The translations under genes were made by a program, and so were the position numbers. Under the pieces are notes generated by a model that was not told where the DNA came from, ran no database searches, and saw only the letters and a list, made by a program, of their open reading frames with translations. From the NCBI RefSeq assembly GCF_006345805.1, contig NC_043002.1:56606001-56670000 (forward strand): DNA of 64,000 nucleotides, in the 5' to 3' direction. This document shows positions 11,581-23,600 of the stretch, in pieces (the first letter of the stretch is position 1; every line of letters begins with the position of its first letter). This DNA is from Octopus sinensis. Its lineage: Eukaryota.

Positions 11581-14331
11581 CTGAAATGTTTGTATTGGAG
11601 CTTCCGGCATGAATGTCAAGCAGTACAGCATGTTATTTCCAAATTTCTGGCAGAGTGAACTGCATCATGGAGCTGTTTTTCTCACAGACGGTGCCCAACT
11701 AACCCTCCTATACTGTGTAGTCGGCAAAATCAAAAACAAACAATGCATGAAATTAAAAATAGAAAATAGCAACAATTTACCCATTGCACCCATGCTGGCA
11801 TGGGTTGGAGGTTTGACCAGAGCTGACAAGCTGCACCAGGTTCCATTGTCTGTTTTGGCATGGTTTCTACAGCTGGATACCCTTTCTAATACCAACTACT
11901 TTACAGAGTGTACTGGGTGCTTTGATATGGCATCGCATGGGTGTTTATATATATAAAATGAACATAGCATATTTTATTGAATTCAAGTTAGACATTACAA
12001 AGCCATGCTGTGGGTTAAATAATAATGTAACCACATTGTTGCCACATGTTTTACCATCAGACTGTAAAGAGCCAGAATAGATACTGCAAGGCATCCTTTC
12101 CAGCATTCTAACAGTTCTGCTAATTCTCCATTCTTTGACTGGTACTTTATTTATTGACTGCAAAATGCTGGTGAGCAAACCTGACCTCGGTAGGATTTGA
12201 ATGTAGAGCACAAAGGATTGAAACAATTACCACAAGCTATTATTCTATCTGATGCTCTAACGACCCTTCCAACTGAATAACTCGACGAAGATTTGTTACG
12301 TATAGCTAGGACTATATATTAACCGAATTAGCTTCTGTTGAAAAGGAAGTTGACAGTTATAAAGTTCCTCCGGGGCCAAAAGATGCTAGAACTATCGAGT
12401 AAATGTTCCTCATGTCGCACAACCTTCTTAAAATAAAGACCCTTTCTATAACGTAATCTTCGATATCACCAAAAAACACGGAATGCTCACGACTGGAGGG
12501 ATTTCATCAAAGGTCTGCCCGACCAGGGTCGATCGAGGAAACAACAACAGCAGTTGCTTCAGTTTTCACCTAGATTTATTCATCACCATCATCGTCGTTG
12601 TGTTTTAAATGTAAATAAATGTTTCTTTGAAGTACGGCAATCTAAACAATAACAGGTTACATTATACTAATCTCCCCTGGTATTTCTTCGAGAGGTCAAC
12701 GATCATAAAAAGCTAATAAAATATAGAGGAATCATTTTCGATTGGATCATTAGAGAATCGAAATTAAAGGAAAAGGTTAATTTATATAACTTCAATAATT
12801 TTTAAATGGCTGGAGAATGTAGAAGGTAGTCGAAACAGTTTTTAATTGTTTTAATTTATTGATATACAGCAGCAATATTTCAGTTTATAAACAAAGAAAT
12901 ACACATACACAAATGAGAAAAACCTCGGTTAAACTCGAGAAGTCCGGTTAGTGTAAAGAAAAACTGAATTGGAGAACATCTTTTATTACATCAATTATTG
13001 ATTTTACCAACTTAGCTGTTGGTTGGTCATTAATTTAGCTTCCTTGTTCGATGATACATATGTAGAAAAAGAAAATCAATGCAATATAGATAAAATACAC
13101 ATTATATCTCCCCATACATGAATAGAGTACAGAAGGGGTAACTACTATTGCATGCAGGGTACAAAATGAAAGCCGCAGTATATGTTTACTATCCTAGTCA
13201 AATTTCATAAATCTTGAGTTAAAATTCCTTCATAAATCAATGGAATAACATACATAATCGAGAGCAATAGACTATATTTTCTGAAATATTACGGCAATTG
13301 TTCAGTTCAAGTTCGTAAGACAGAGAATAAAGATTATATCTTGGTTTCGTATAAAAACGCTTTCAGATTCAGAAAAAGCGGAATAACTTGATGAAGATAT
13401 ATTTTCTAATGTAATTTCTACATATTTTTTTTTCGGTTTAGGAAGTTCCCATGATAATTCTTTACAGAAGTACGTTCAAATGAAAAGCTGTCCTCATACA
13501 CATATAATAATGTAAAATTTTTGATTTTACATATGCAAACTCCACAATTACTAAACTCTCGTAGACAGAACTAGTGAGGGAGCATGTCGAGTGTTGCATA
13601 CCGCCAAATAAAAAAAAAAAAAAGAAGCTGAGCTACATTTTCTTAAATCCTACCCAACTATGTTAAAAAAGGAAGGACACATTAGATAATGCAATAAGAG
13701 AATATCTCTAACTATAGGTGTATTGGATCAAATCTAAACAAACTTTAGAAAAAAGTTGCCAAGAATTAAACTTAAATTCATTTAAAAATTAAAACAGAAT
13801 TCAAATAAAGGGGTATGATGTGTTAGAAAGCATCCATGGTAACAACTAGAATATATTGATCCCTTATATATATATATGAAATATGTCTATATTTATTTGT
13901 GTATATATTAAACAAAACAAACATATACCCATCGAGCGTCTTCAGATGGCACGATGTTGTTTTTATTAGTGATGGTTTTTTTAAATTCAATCATTACAAA
14001 AAACAAGACAAAAAAAAAAGACAGACTTAATAACAACTGATATTTTGAATATAATCAAGATAGTTTTAGTAATACGAAAAATTCTCTGAAATTAAGTGAT
14101 CGATGTCTCGCTACATGTATTGCCATATAAACCGGTCTCTCCGACTATGACAACTACAGCAACTGGAATTACTGCAATGTTTATAAACATCAAAATACAT
14201 TGATCGAGCGGCAAATATGATAACAAGTCGTTTCAAAATGTTAAATAATTCTCAGTTTGGAAAGAAAAGTAAATAAAATTCCAATTTTATCAAAAAATAT
14301 GTGAAAGTCATGCCTGATGCATGTGACTTAC

Positions 14332-14347
14332 CGTCTGTAACCGCCAT
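14332..14347 (-). CDS. Minus-strand gene, first coding exon (MAVTD, phase-1 donor); product unknown
   Basis: The minus strand reads AAAATGGCGGTTACAGACG|GTAAGT: a strong start context followed by a perfect donor at 14331-14326, inside the CpG-rich promoter region. Confidence 0.7.
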
Positions 14348-14853
14348 TTTATAAACATGAGTCGCTTAGAGTCTCAACAATAACAATTTTTCAATACAAA
14401 CACACACACCCACGGGGTTGGTTCGTGATAGTTACTGGGAAATTCATCCAAGTATTAGATGATAGGAATAAATATTGATGAGATTTATATATATAAATGT
14501 TTTGATTAAGATGATAGAGAGAAAGATAAAATTATTTACAAGTTAACACGTGCATACGTGCATGTACACGGAAACTTGCATGTATAAATATATGAGCCAA
14601 CATGTAAACAACTATATTTTATTTATTAATTTGCTGCAAAAGCCTCATGATCTTGTCTCAGTTTTAAAATATATATATGCAATAAGCACAGATATAAATA
14701 AATACGAGAAAAGCATGAAAATAACCCGTTTATTGAATTTTATTAAAGGCATAAGCGACTTAAAGATTCGGAGGAGTTGTCGAAAGAGGGCGAATATGAC
14801 GTCATGCTCGGCAGTGTCCGCAGCTTTCCGAAATGCAACAAGAAACATGTAAA
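14348..14853. promoter_or_regulatory. Bidirectional (head-to-head) promoter and 5' UTR region
   Basis: 506 bp lie between the two divergent ATGs. The interval is CpG-rich and contains a palindromic CRE ATGACGTCAT (14796-14805) and an E-box CACGTG (14547-14552). Both starts overlap a YY1/TISU-like AAAATGGCG. Confidence 0.6.
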
Positions 14854-14941
14854 ATGGCGACTGTAGGCGATAGTCCTGCAAAATACGCTGGTCAGCCTTG
14901 GACAGTTTGGGCCGAAAACGTGCCTTTAAAGGATGATGTCG
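14854..14941 (+). CDS. Plus-strand gene, coding exon 1 (MATVGDSPAKYAGQPWTVWAENVPLKDDV); product unknown
   Basis: AAAATGGCG start, 29 codons plus 1 nt, then donor G|GTGAGT at 14942. Confidence 0.8.
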
Positions 14942-15137
14942 GTGAGTTTAAATATCAATGTCTTTCATACAGGATATACATCTATTTTGAAAAGTTAAAA
15001 CTCCCGATCAGCCTTTTTAAAGACAAGACATGTACATTGGTTTTTGGGAGTACTTACTAAAAATGATATCAACATCCTTTAGTAAGTGTTTAGTTGTCCC
15101 AAAAGTGATTACCTTTTAATCGTCTGTTTACTTGTAG

Positions 15138-15206
15138 GTTGCACCGATACTAAAAGTGGTGACATTGCTAAAGATGATAATGACTGCATGAAGCTTCGTA
15201 AAGAAG
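15138..15206 (+). CDS. Plus-strand gene, exon 2 (GCTDTKSGDIAKDDNDCMKLRKE)
   Basis: Acceptor TTTACTTGTAG. A 69-nt phase 1-1 exon that is open in the exon-1 frame. Donor AG|GTAAAA. The preceding intron is 196 nt. Confidence 0.75.
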
Positions 15207-16878
15207 GTAAAATCTCCGAGTTTTTATTACAAATCTTTTCGCTAGTTTCGTCAAACCAACTTACTACCACTAACTTCCATGTGTATTTTTTTTCACCCAT
15301 TTTACTTATTTTTTGTTTTGTTTGTTTTAAATTGGTGTTGGATATAATAAAACTCGCACGTTTAAGAATCGATTGTAGATCTCAAATTAACTGTTGTGTC
15401 TGTGGAAACGACTCGGTTGTTATCTTTTTTTTCCCCATGTTTACCTGAATCGTAATTATTGATCGAAAGGGACAAGGGGAGGGGGAGAGATTGTATACAC
15501 AGCTCCTACATTCGCTTACCCCCCCTCCTCGAAAAAAAAATCGTTAATCAAAGAGCACGGAAGAATCCGTTTTGATAAAGTTGTAATTCTACTCCACCCC
15601 CTGCTCGTGATTCACCCATGTTTCGTCGTCTCCCAGTCATTAAGTTATTTATACTATATTCATATACACAACTAACTCCGATCATCTACCTGACCTATAT
15701 TCAATCGATGTAGACAAGAATCGAACAAATATTTATGTGGTCGCTCTAATTTCACTCAAGGGTCGCTCTGACGTTACATTGTCATTTTAACTGTTATCTA
15801 GCGACGTAAACAACTCGTACATCTATTCTTACAATTCTTCATTTGGGTTTAAAAAAAATTTTTTTTTTTCGCACTTCGACTTTCTTTCCCCCCCGTTTCT
15901 TTACACTTAATTTTTTATTCTCTTTTAGCGGCGTTTTCTGAAAATCTTTTTCCCCCGAAATTTCAGTTATAAAATTCCACAAAAATAATTTCAGTGCCCC
16001 CATTTTTTTTTGTGTGTATGTGTGTGTGTATATATATAAAAAGAGAGAACTTGTTGATTTTGGCACACGTGAGATACTCGACGAAACCTTTTGGAAAGAT
16101 TTTTGAAGTTGAATAACATGGCTAATATTTCTAGATTTAGAGTTTTATTGCATTTCAACTACTTAAGATTCTATACAGGTGGTTTGTATGCATGCATATA
16201 TATATGTATCTATGTGTATATATATATGTATATGTAGACATACATACGTATTTATGTGACTACTGGAAATCTAATAGAAATATCTACTGCATCAATAATA
16301 GTGAGTTGTTTGCTTACAGCTTTTGTGTATTTTCCCAGTCTTATAATTTTTCAGTTATCTCCAGTGAAACCTGATATTTTTACTCAGGACTCGTTCATTA
16401 AAATAATATACATACATTTCAGTGTGTGTATGTATGTGTATATATATATATTTATATATATATTATACGCACACATACATGCATACACACACATTTAGAG
16501 ATACATATATGCGTGCGCGCGCGCGTGTAATTTCTAGATTATCTATGTAAAACAATTCGCTACTATTATATTCCCAGTTCGGATTTATCCATTTTCTCTT
16601 ATTTATATTTATCTATTTTTTTTTTGTTTTTTGTTTCTACGAAGCCAGACCATAGTTGAGGGCATTTTCTTTTTTCGTTTCCCAGTCGGAAATATTTTTG
16701 CACCGTTTTGGTCTCGAGCTTGGTTTCTCCCAGGCTTTATAGCTTTACGTTTTTTTTTTTTTTTTTATATTTTGAGAATTCTTAAATCACAAAGAATTTA
16801 ATCACTAGGTTAGTTTCTCTCTTTCTCTCAAACACACACACACATACATTATCTCTGTAGTCTTTGTATATTTTATTA

Positions 16879-16916
<38 letters not shown>

Positions 16917-18121
16917 ATGATGTATTAGTAGTAATTGATTCGGTGAATAATAAAAATTGTTTATGGAGAACAGTTATGAAAATGGAAAGTTCCGAGTGGT
17001 ACAATTTGTATTGTAAAAAATGTAAAACTTCATTTACGGAAAAAACAAAAACAAATTTTGTATTAAAAACAAAGTAATATTGAATCAACTTAGGTTTACA
17101 CTAATACTAGATTAGTTATGATGACATTCCAGAGGTTTTGTTTTTGAATTCCACTTCAAAATGCAACATAGAAAACCTTTAGAATGCATATATATATATA
17201 TATCTGAAAAGATATTTTCATGAAAATAGTTTTAAAATATGTATTATATAACATTATGATTGTCTGAAGGGAAATCACTTAATTAGCAATTAATACATCA
17301 TAAATTCCATTTGAACTCTTTTTGTTGGGTCAATCATATATATACATGTGTGTGTGTGTGCACGCACATATACATACAGAGTTTTAACAGTTCTCATTGA
17401 GGATTGAACGCACTATCCCTGATTTATAAGACCAGTGCTCAAACCACTAAGGTATGAAGGTAGCTCTTTATAGATAGACACACGTGTGTGGTGGTTTGTG
17501 TCTCTTTGTCTGGACATTGCACGATAGTTGTAAATGAGTTTCACTGTCATACAAGCAGTGTTATTTATTTCCAGTATTTTGCAAAATCGTGTCTGGCAAT
17601 ATAATAATCTTGCATGGAAACAGGTGAACGTTGGTAACAAAGTGCATCTGGCTGTAGAAAATCTGCCTAAAACTCTGTTCAGCCGATGCAAGTATGAGAA
17701 AAAGACGTTAAGACAATGCTGATGATGTAGATGCTGTTTCTGTGCATTACTAGACTTGTGTTGCTCAACTTGTTCAGTCAATGTTGCTAACTGCAGAATC
17801 ATAACCCTTCATTGTTATTATTATTTAAAGCATTGAGCTGGTAGAGTCATTATTGCATTAGACAAAATGTTTAGTGATATTTTTTGTGACACTTTACATT
17901 CGGAGTTCAACTTTTCCTATCATCCCTTCTGAAGATACAATAAATTACCAATCAGATAGTGGAGTTGATGTAATTGACTAAATCCCTTATAAAATCCTTG
18001 ACCTTGGCCAAAATTTGAAACATTATTAATATTTGGTTAGTCCACATTGCTCTGTAAGGAGCATAGAGCCAATTTCCTGTTTTCTCTAGTATATATATTC
18101 CTCTCTGGATAAGATGCCAGG

Positions 18122-18545
18122 CAGCACTGGATTAACCATTAGGCAAAATAAGCATGTGCTTAGGGAATCAAGGGAAACAGGGGGCACCACAGAAATGGTA
18201 AATGGTTTACAGTATAAAAGAAATCACTTTAAACATGCTAAAATATTATTCGGGATGCCTTTATCACTACGAAGTATAGATGCAGATGTAATACCTCGGA
18301 TTAATTTTGAGGATTTGATCAAAGACTTTGCAATTCAAAAGAGTAGGAAACTTTTCAAATATAAATAAAGTGGAATTATACAAAAATAAACATTATTTTT
18401 CCCTCTTACTGTTTTGCTTCATTTTGGAAAATAAAAATTTATTTTATGGTTTGTTACTGTTTATATTTTGAATTACATAATCTTTTATGGGGGTACCAAA
18501 TTATTTTAAGTCCTTAGGGCCTTGATGAGTCTTAATCTGGCCCTG
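18122..18545 (+). mobile_element. Internally deleted hAT transposon retaining the transposase C-terminus
   Basis: TIRs CAGCACTGGATTAA / TTAATCTGGCCCTG; 8-bp TSD ATGCCAGG/ATGCCAGT. The peptide LSLRSIDADVIPRINFEDLIKDFAIQKSRK resembles the end of the hAT dimerisation region. Confidence 0.8.
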
Positions 18546-19019
18546 ATGCCAGTCCTTTGTAGTATGGCTCATTTTTACCAGCTTGGGGGATTGGAGCAAT
18601 GTGAAATGAAGTGTTTTGCTCAAGGACACAACACATCACTTTGTCCAGGAATTGAAACCACAATCTTGTGATCATGAGTCTAACACCATAACCACTGGGC
18701 TATGTTCCTATTTGGATAGTTTAAATAAGTTGTATCTTATTTGGGACATGCCAGGTTTTGTAGACTGGGTAAGGTGAAATGTCGAAAGAGAGGATTGAAC
18801 TATATTGCAGAATTGATTTATTAGAAGGTTACTATCACACTTCACTAATAGTTGTAGGTTTAGAATTTTCAGAAAGGCTGATGGTACACAGTACTCTTTT
18901 CCCCCATTTGTAACAACAAGTATGAGGTGTGTGTGTGTATATATATATATATTTATATTTATGTATATATTTATATATATGTATATATTTACTTATATGT
19001 ATATATTCACATATATTTA

Positions 19020-19119
19020 NNNNNNNNNNNNNNNNNNNNNNNNNNNNNNNNNNNNNNNNNNNNNNNNNNNNNNNNNNNNNNNNNNNNNNNNNNNNNNNNN
19101 NNNNNNNNNNNNNNNNNNN
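19020..19119. other. Assembly gap (100 N placeholder)
   Basis: Exactly 100 N following a TA-rich microsatellite; the true size is unknown. Confidence 0.98.
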
Positions 19120-19139
19120 GCAGTTTAACACTGAAAAGC

Positions 19140-19490
19140 TTCAAGCTTTGTGCTCTCAGCATGCAAAACTAAATGCAGTACCCAATGAATACACTGGACC
19201 TGGAGGGATTGCATTTCCAGAGGCATAGTCAGTGCAAGACCTGGCATTTACATCAGTAATGATGCATCCTTCTATGTGCATCTTGCTAAATTGGCAATGA
19301 AATGGAGGTGGCTGACTGGATTGATTCTTAGAACATTTAGAACAAGAGATCAGGAAACCATGATGGTCCACTGGAGGAAACTTGTTCTAAGCCACTTTGA
19401 CTATTGCTCTCAGCTATGTTCACCAACTAGAGTCAAATTAATCTCAGAACTTGAGGCAATGCAACGACGCTACACGAAGAAGGTCACCCT
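19140..19490 (+). mobile_element. CR1-type LINE RT C-terminal fragment
   Basis: GLILRTFRTRDQETMMVHWRKLVLSHFDYCSQL...ELEAMQRRYTKKV. Confidence 0.8.
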
Positions 19491-19615
19491 TCCTGCCTAG
19501 ATGGTTTTGAGTCTTTGAAAGACAGCCGAGGCCTTCTCAATCTGGCTGGCTAACGCCGCGTTTGGTGTCTCCATTTTTGGCATCAACGCCGTCCAAATAG
19601 GTTAACTCATCAATT
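19490..19615 (-). mobile_element. RTE LINE fragment
   Basis: The minus strand reads EIDELTYLDGV..KNGDT..V, then after a shift SQIEKASAVFQRLKTI, a typical post-RT RTE segment. Confidence 0.55.
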
Positions 19616-19669
19616 TCCTAGGGTTTGTGTTGTGCAATCATATATATACACACACACACATATAAATTG

Positions 19670-19860
19670 GCTTAGATTGTCGCTATTTTTATGTTCCAAA
19701 AAGAGACAGAGCTACTCCAGAGCCATCTTAAAAGAAGTGCGGGTAGGCTCTGTCATCCACTCAGATGAATGGCTGGCATATTTGGATCCAAATAGATATT
19801 ACATCCATTCTAATGTCAACAACAAAATTTTGAATGTAGATCATAAGCTAGTGTAAATTT
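19670..19860 (+). mobile_element. Merlin (IS1016/ISXO2-like) transposase relic
   Basis: FYVPKRDRAT, then a frameshift, then ILKEVRVGSVIHSDEWLAY...YIHSNVN...VD. This matches the Merlin/ISXO2 pattern VPxRxxxTL...PGSxIxSDxWxAY...HxxVNH. Confidence 0.7.
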
Positions 19861-19989
19861 AAGTTGCTGTAGATCATGTACTACACCGGCACCTTATCTT
19901 CATCTCATTTATATTTGAGCACTTCTTTTGCAGTCCTATAAACCTTTTTGTTTCTGTAACAGGTAACAAATATTATTTCTTGTTGTGAA

Positions 19990-20064
<75 letters not shown>

Positions 20065-20520
20065 CGTAGGGCGACCTGCTGTGCTTGAGACAACCTATTG
20101 AATCAAGTACATCAACATCAAAATAAAAATCAAATGGAAATTGTAGTTGAGATGCCCGTGCCAGTGGCATGTAAAAAGCACCATCTGAACATAGTTGAAT
20201 TCCAATATCTTCATAAGCAGTGAATTCTAAATTTTCATTATCACCATAGCACTTCAATCTTCAGCACTGCCTTGACTGGTTTCCGTGCCGGTGGCACATA
20301 AAACGCACCAACGGATCGTGGCTGTTGCCAGCTTTCCCTGGCACCTGTGCCAGTGGCATGTAAAAAGCATGGAGTGGTTGGCATTAGGAAGGGCATCCAG
20401 CTGTAGAAACACTGCCAGATCAGACTGGAGCCTGGTGCAGCCTCCTGGTTTCCCAGATCCCGGTCAAATGCTCCAACCCATGCTAGCATTGAAAACGGAC
20501 CTTAAATGATGATAATGATA
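20065..20520 (+). mobile_element. RTE 3'-UTR / SINE tail carrying a 67-bp foreign insert
   Basis: Collinear with 10900-11260 apart from the insert at 20195-20261. Confidence 0.8.
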
Positions 20521-20530
20521 TGTAAAGTCA

Positions 20531-20656
20531 GCACAAGGTGTGAAGATGCGGAAAAAGTATTGACCTGTTTAGAAATGGGAGCTAAATTCCTAATTAGGAA
20601 TTTAGCTCCCATTTCTAAACAGACCAATGCTTATTCCACATCGTCATGCCTTGTGC
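20531..20656. repeat. 126-bp inverted repeat with a perfect 58-bp loopless core
   Basis: 20565-20593 is the exact reverse complement of 20594-20622. The outer arms match imperfectly out to 63 bp per side. Confidence 0.9.
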
Positions 20657-23600
20657 CAACTTCAAATTTTATAGCTATATAATATTATTTGACTTGTTGA
20701 ACTGCCTGTGTTATTGCTGTTAAATATTATCAATTAAAAATATTCACCACAGATAATATTAACAGTAGTGGCATTTTATTTCATGTGTAAACACTCAAAT
20801 GTTTTCACTCATACATATATATATATTTGACAGGCTTCTTTCAGTTTCTGCCTACCAAATCCACTCATAAGGCTTTGGTTGGTTCAAGGGTATAGTAGAA
20901 AACATTTGCCCAAGGTGGCATGCAGTGGGACTGAACCTAGAACTATGTGGTTGGGAAGCAAGCTTCTTACCACAGAGCCATACCTGCACCTATTTAGTTA
21001 ATAGAATTATATCTCCAAGTATTGAATTCCAATATCTTCATAAGCAGTGAATTCTAAATTTTCATTATCACCATAGCACTTCAATCTTTATTACTGTTAC
21101 TGATAACAGAGTAAATTGTTATGTTGCAATGACCTGCATTTTCTCGGTAAAAACTTCTGACCAAATACTTAGAAATGTACTGCAAGTTTTTTAACTTTGC
21201 ACGGGTAGTTTATTTCATTTTATTTATTTATTTTTTTTTCCTTTGAGGAAGTAAAAATTTTTCCTATGCCTGCTTATTCCTAACATAACCTAGTAAATGT
21301 TCAGGCATTCTTATTGTGTTTTAAATCATTCGGCAAACTACAGCAGTTTATTAGTCTGTTGTAGTAAATGTAATGTCAGGTAATTTCTTAAATTCTGGGT
21401 AGGTTATTAGTTTAATGTAGATAATCTGTATAGAATAGTTAATATGTATGTTTGCTGGTTGATTTCTCCAGTAATGCTTTACATCATATGGAAAGTGAAA
21501 GGGAGATATAAAGAATTAACAAAAGAGGTTTAGGATGAGTAAAAAAGAGCTCTACATGCAGTCATTGCACAATGAGAGAGACAAAAAAGATGATGGGTTA
21601 TGGGAGGAGTTACACAAATGAGAAATGTGTTTTTTTTATTTTAAATTTTATTGCAATATCTTTTTTTTTGAAAATTATTAATTTCATCAGTTGATTTGAT
21701 AAAAGTTAAATTATGCAGGCAATGGGTGTGTGGCAAGGAATTTGCATCTCAACCGCATGGTTCTGGGTTCTGTCCCACTGCGTGGTACCTTGGGCAAGTG
21801 TCTTCTACTATAACTTCAGGCTTACCAAAGCCTTGAGTGAATTTAGTAGATGGAAATTGAAAGAAGCCTGTCATATATATTTATGTGTGTGTCTTTTTGT
21901 CTGTGTTTGTCCTCCCACCATTGCTTGACAACCAATGTTGGTGTGTTTACATCCCTGTAACTTAGTGGTTTGGTAAAAGAGACTGTTAGAATAAGTACCA
22001 GACTTACAAATAATAAGTCCTAGGGTTGATTTTCTTCGACTAAAATGAAAACCCTTTAAGACGGTTTTCTATCATGGCCGCTGTTACATGACTGAAACAA
22101 ATAAAAGACTGAAAGTATGTCTGCCCTTTTTTCTGATATTACCATGATGGGGAAACGTATTCTAAAGTTACCCATCACACTAGTCTTGCATATGCCTCTA
22201 CATTCTCAGTTAAGATCCCCATCGAAGTTGACTGTATCCTTCATCTTTGTATAGTCAGTAAAGTCACAGTAATAAACTGACCGTTGCCCTCCCTTCTATA
22301 AAAATTGGTATTGTACCTAATCAAAAGAAATCATTATTTCCAACTCAATCTGATGATAGATGTTTGGCACCAGGGTACCATCATGTATTTGTTTTTATTT
22401 ACTTTTTACTGCATTGGCTTAGTTTTGAAAAGCAGCGGCCCTGGCCTTTTTTGGAGTCTCTTTGACTAGTGGGAAGACGTGGTAAAAGGAACAGATGGAT
22501 TAAGTGTACCACCCTCCATAAAATAATAAGAAAGCTTCTTCCAGTTGGTTTGCACATAGTTTCAGGCCATCCAGTATCCACTTAATGTTCTCCTGACTTC
22601 ACCCACTCCTATACACCTTGTATGCTGAGAGTCTACCAGGACACCTCATCACCACTGTTTTTGTCTCTTTCTGGCTCCACCCAGCTATTCTATAATGTTA
22701 GTAGCCATGAAACTCTTCTTCAAGAAGAAAGCTGTTCAGGCCCCTTGTGTGCTAATTCTATAGCATAGAATCACCTCCCTGTCTGTTTATACTCCGCTCA
22801 GTTGAAAATCTTAGTTTTTTAAGCTGCATGGCAACCTCACTAGTTCTGGTGGCACAAAAGAATACCACTCAGTGCCTGCTGTAAAGTGGTTGCCATTAGG
22901 AAAGGCGTTGAACCACAGAAACCATGCCAAAGACATTGTAGAATGATAGACCTTCAGTCCATCAAACCTTGTCAAACCGTCCAGCCCATCTTAGCGTAAA
23001 CATGGATGTTAAATGATAAAGAGACAAAAAATAGAATCACTAAGAGTAAAAATGAATGCCAAAGAAATGTGGATTTGTAAGAAAACAAAAATTATGTTAT
23101 GTGAAAAAAATATTCACACAGTTTACTTTGTGATCCAGTTTCTATCAGGTTTTGGCATCTATAATAATTTGATAACACAAAGCACTGACTGCATATGCTT
23201 GAAAAATTCCATTTGTTTTTATTTTTTTGTCTTCTTTCGGGTGGATTGAAACCTCTTTAGACCAGCACCAGACCCAACACTGTCAATTTCATCCACAAAA
23301 TCGGGATAATTACAGTCTGTCTGAGAAATGATCCCCTTTGAGGTGGGGCAGATGCTGCAATGAGTGTCACTGGCCATTCTCTGCAGCAACACCTCTGCAA
23401 TTACGTCTGAGGTGCAACTAAAGAAACCATTTGTTCTGGGTGTGTACACCCCATTGCTCCATCCCCCTTCTTTTTCTTTGTTTCCTCGGTGAGGTAGTTT
23501 TATGGGGTTTTTTTCTCAATAATTTGATCTTTTATTCTTTCAATGGTTTTTGTCTTTCTTTTCGTCCTCTAAAAGTTTGTTGAAAACAAAGTCAGACATG

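Larger units (their letters stand above)
12270..16760. other. CpG-retaining domain (CpG-island-like, probably unmethylated)
   Basis: By eye, CG dinucleotides are frequent here and scarce in both flanks except in young TE copies. Not counted. Confidence 0.6.

Noticed and set aside
18835-19228. ORFs spanning the TA microsatellite and N gap
   Set aside because: These are artefacts of low complexity and Ns.
23260-23310. FVDEIDSVG as an AAA Walker B motif
   Set aside because: The upstream hydrophobic strand and Walker A are absent, so the motif is isolated.
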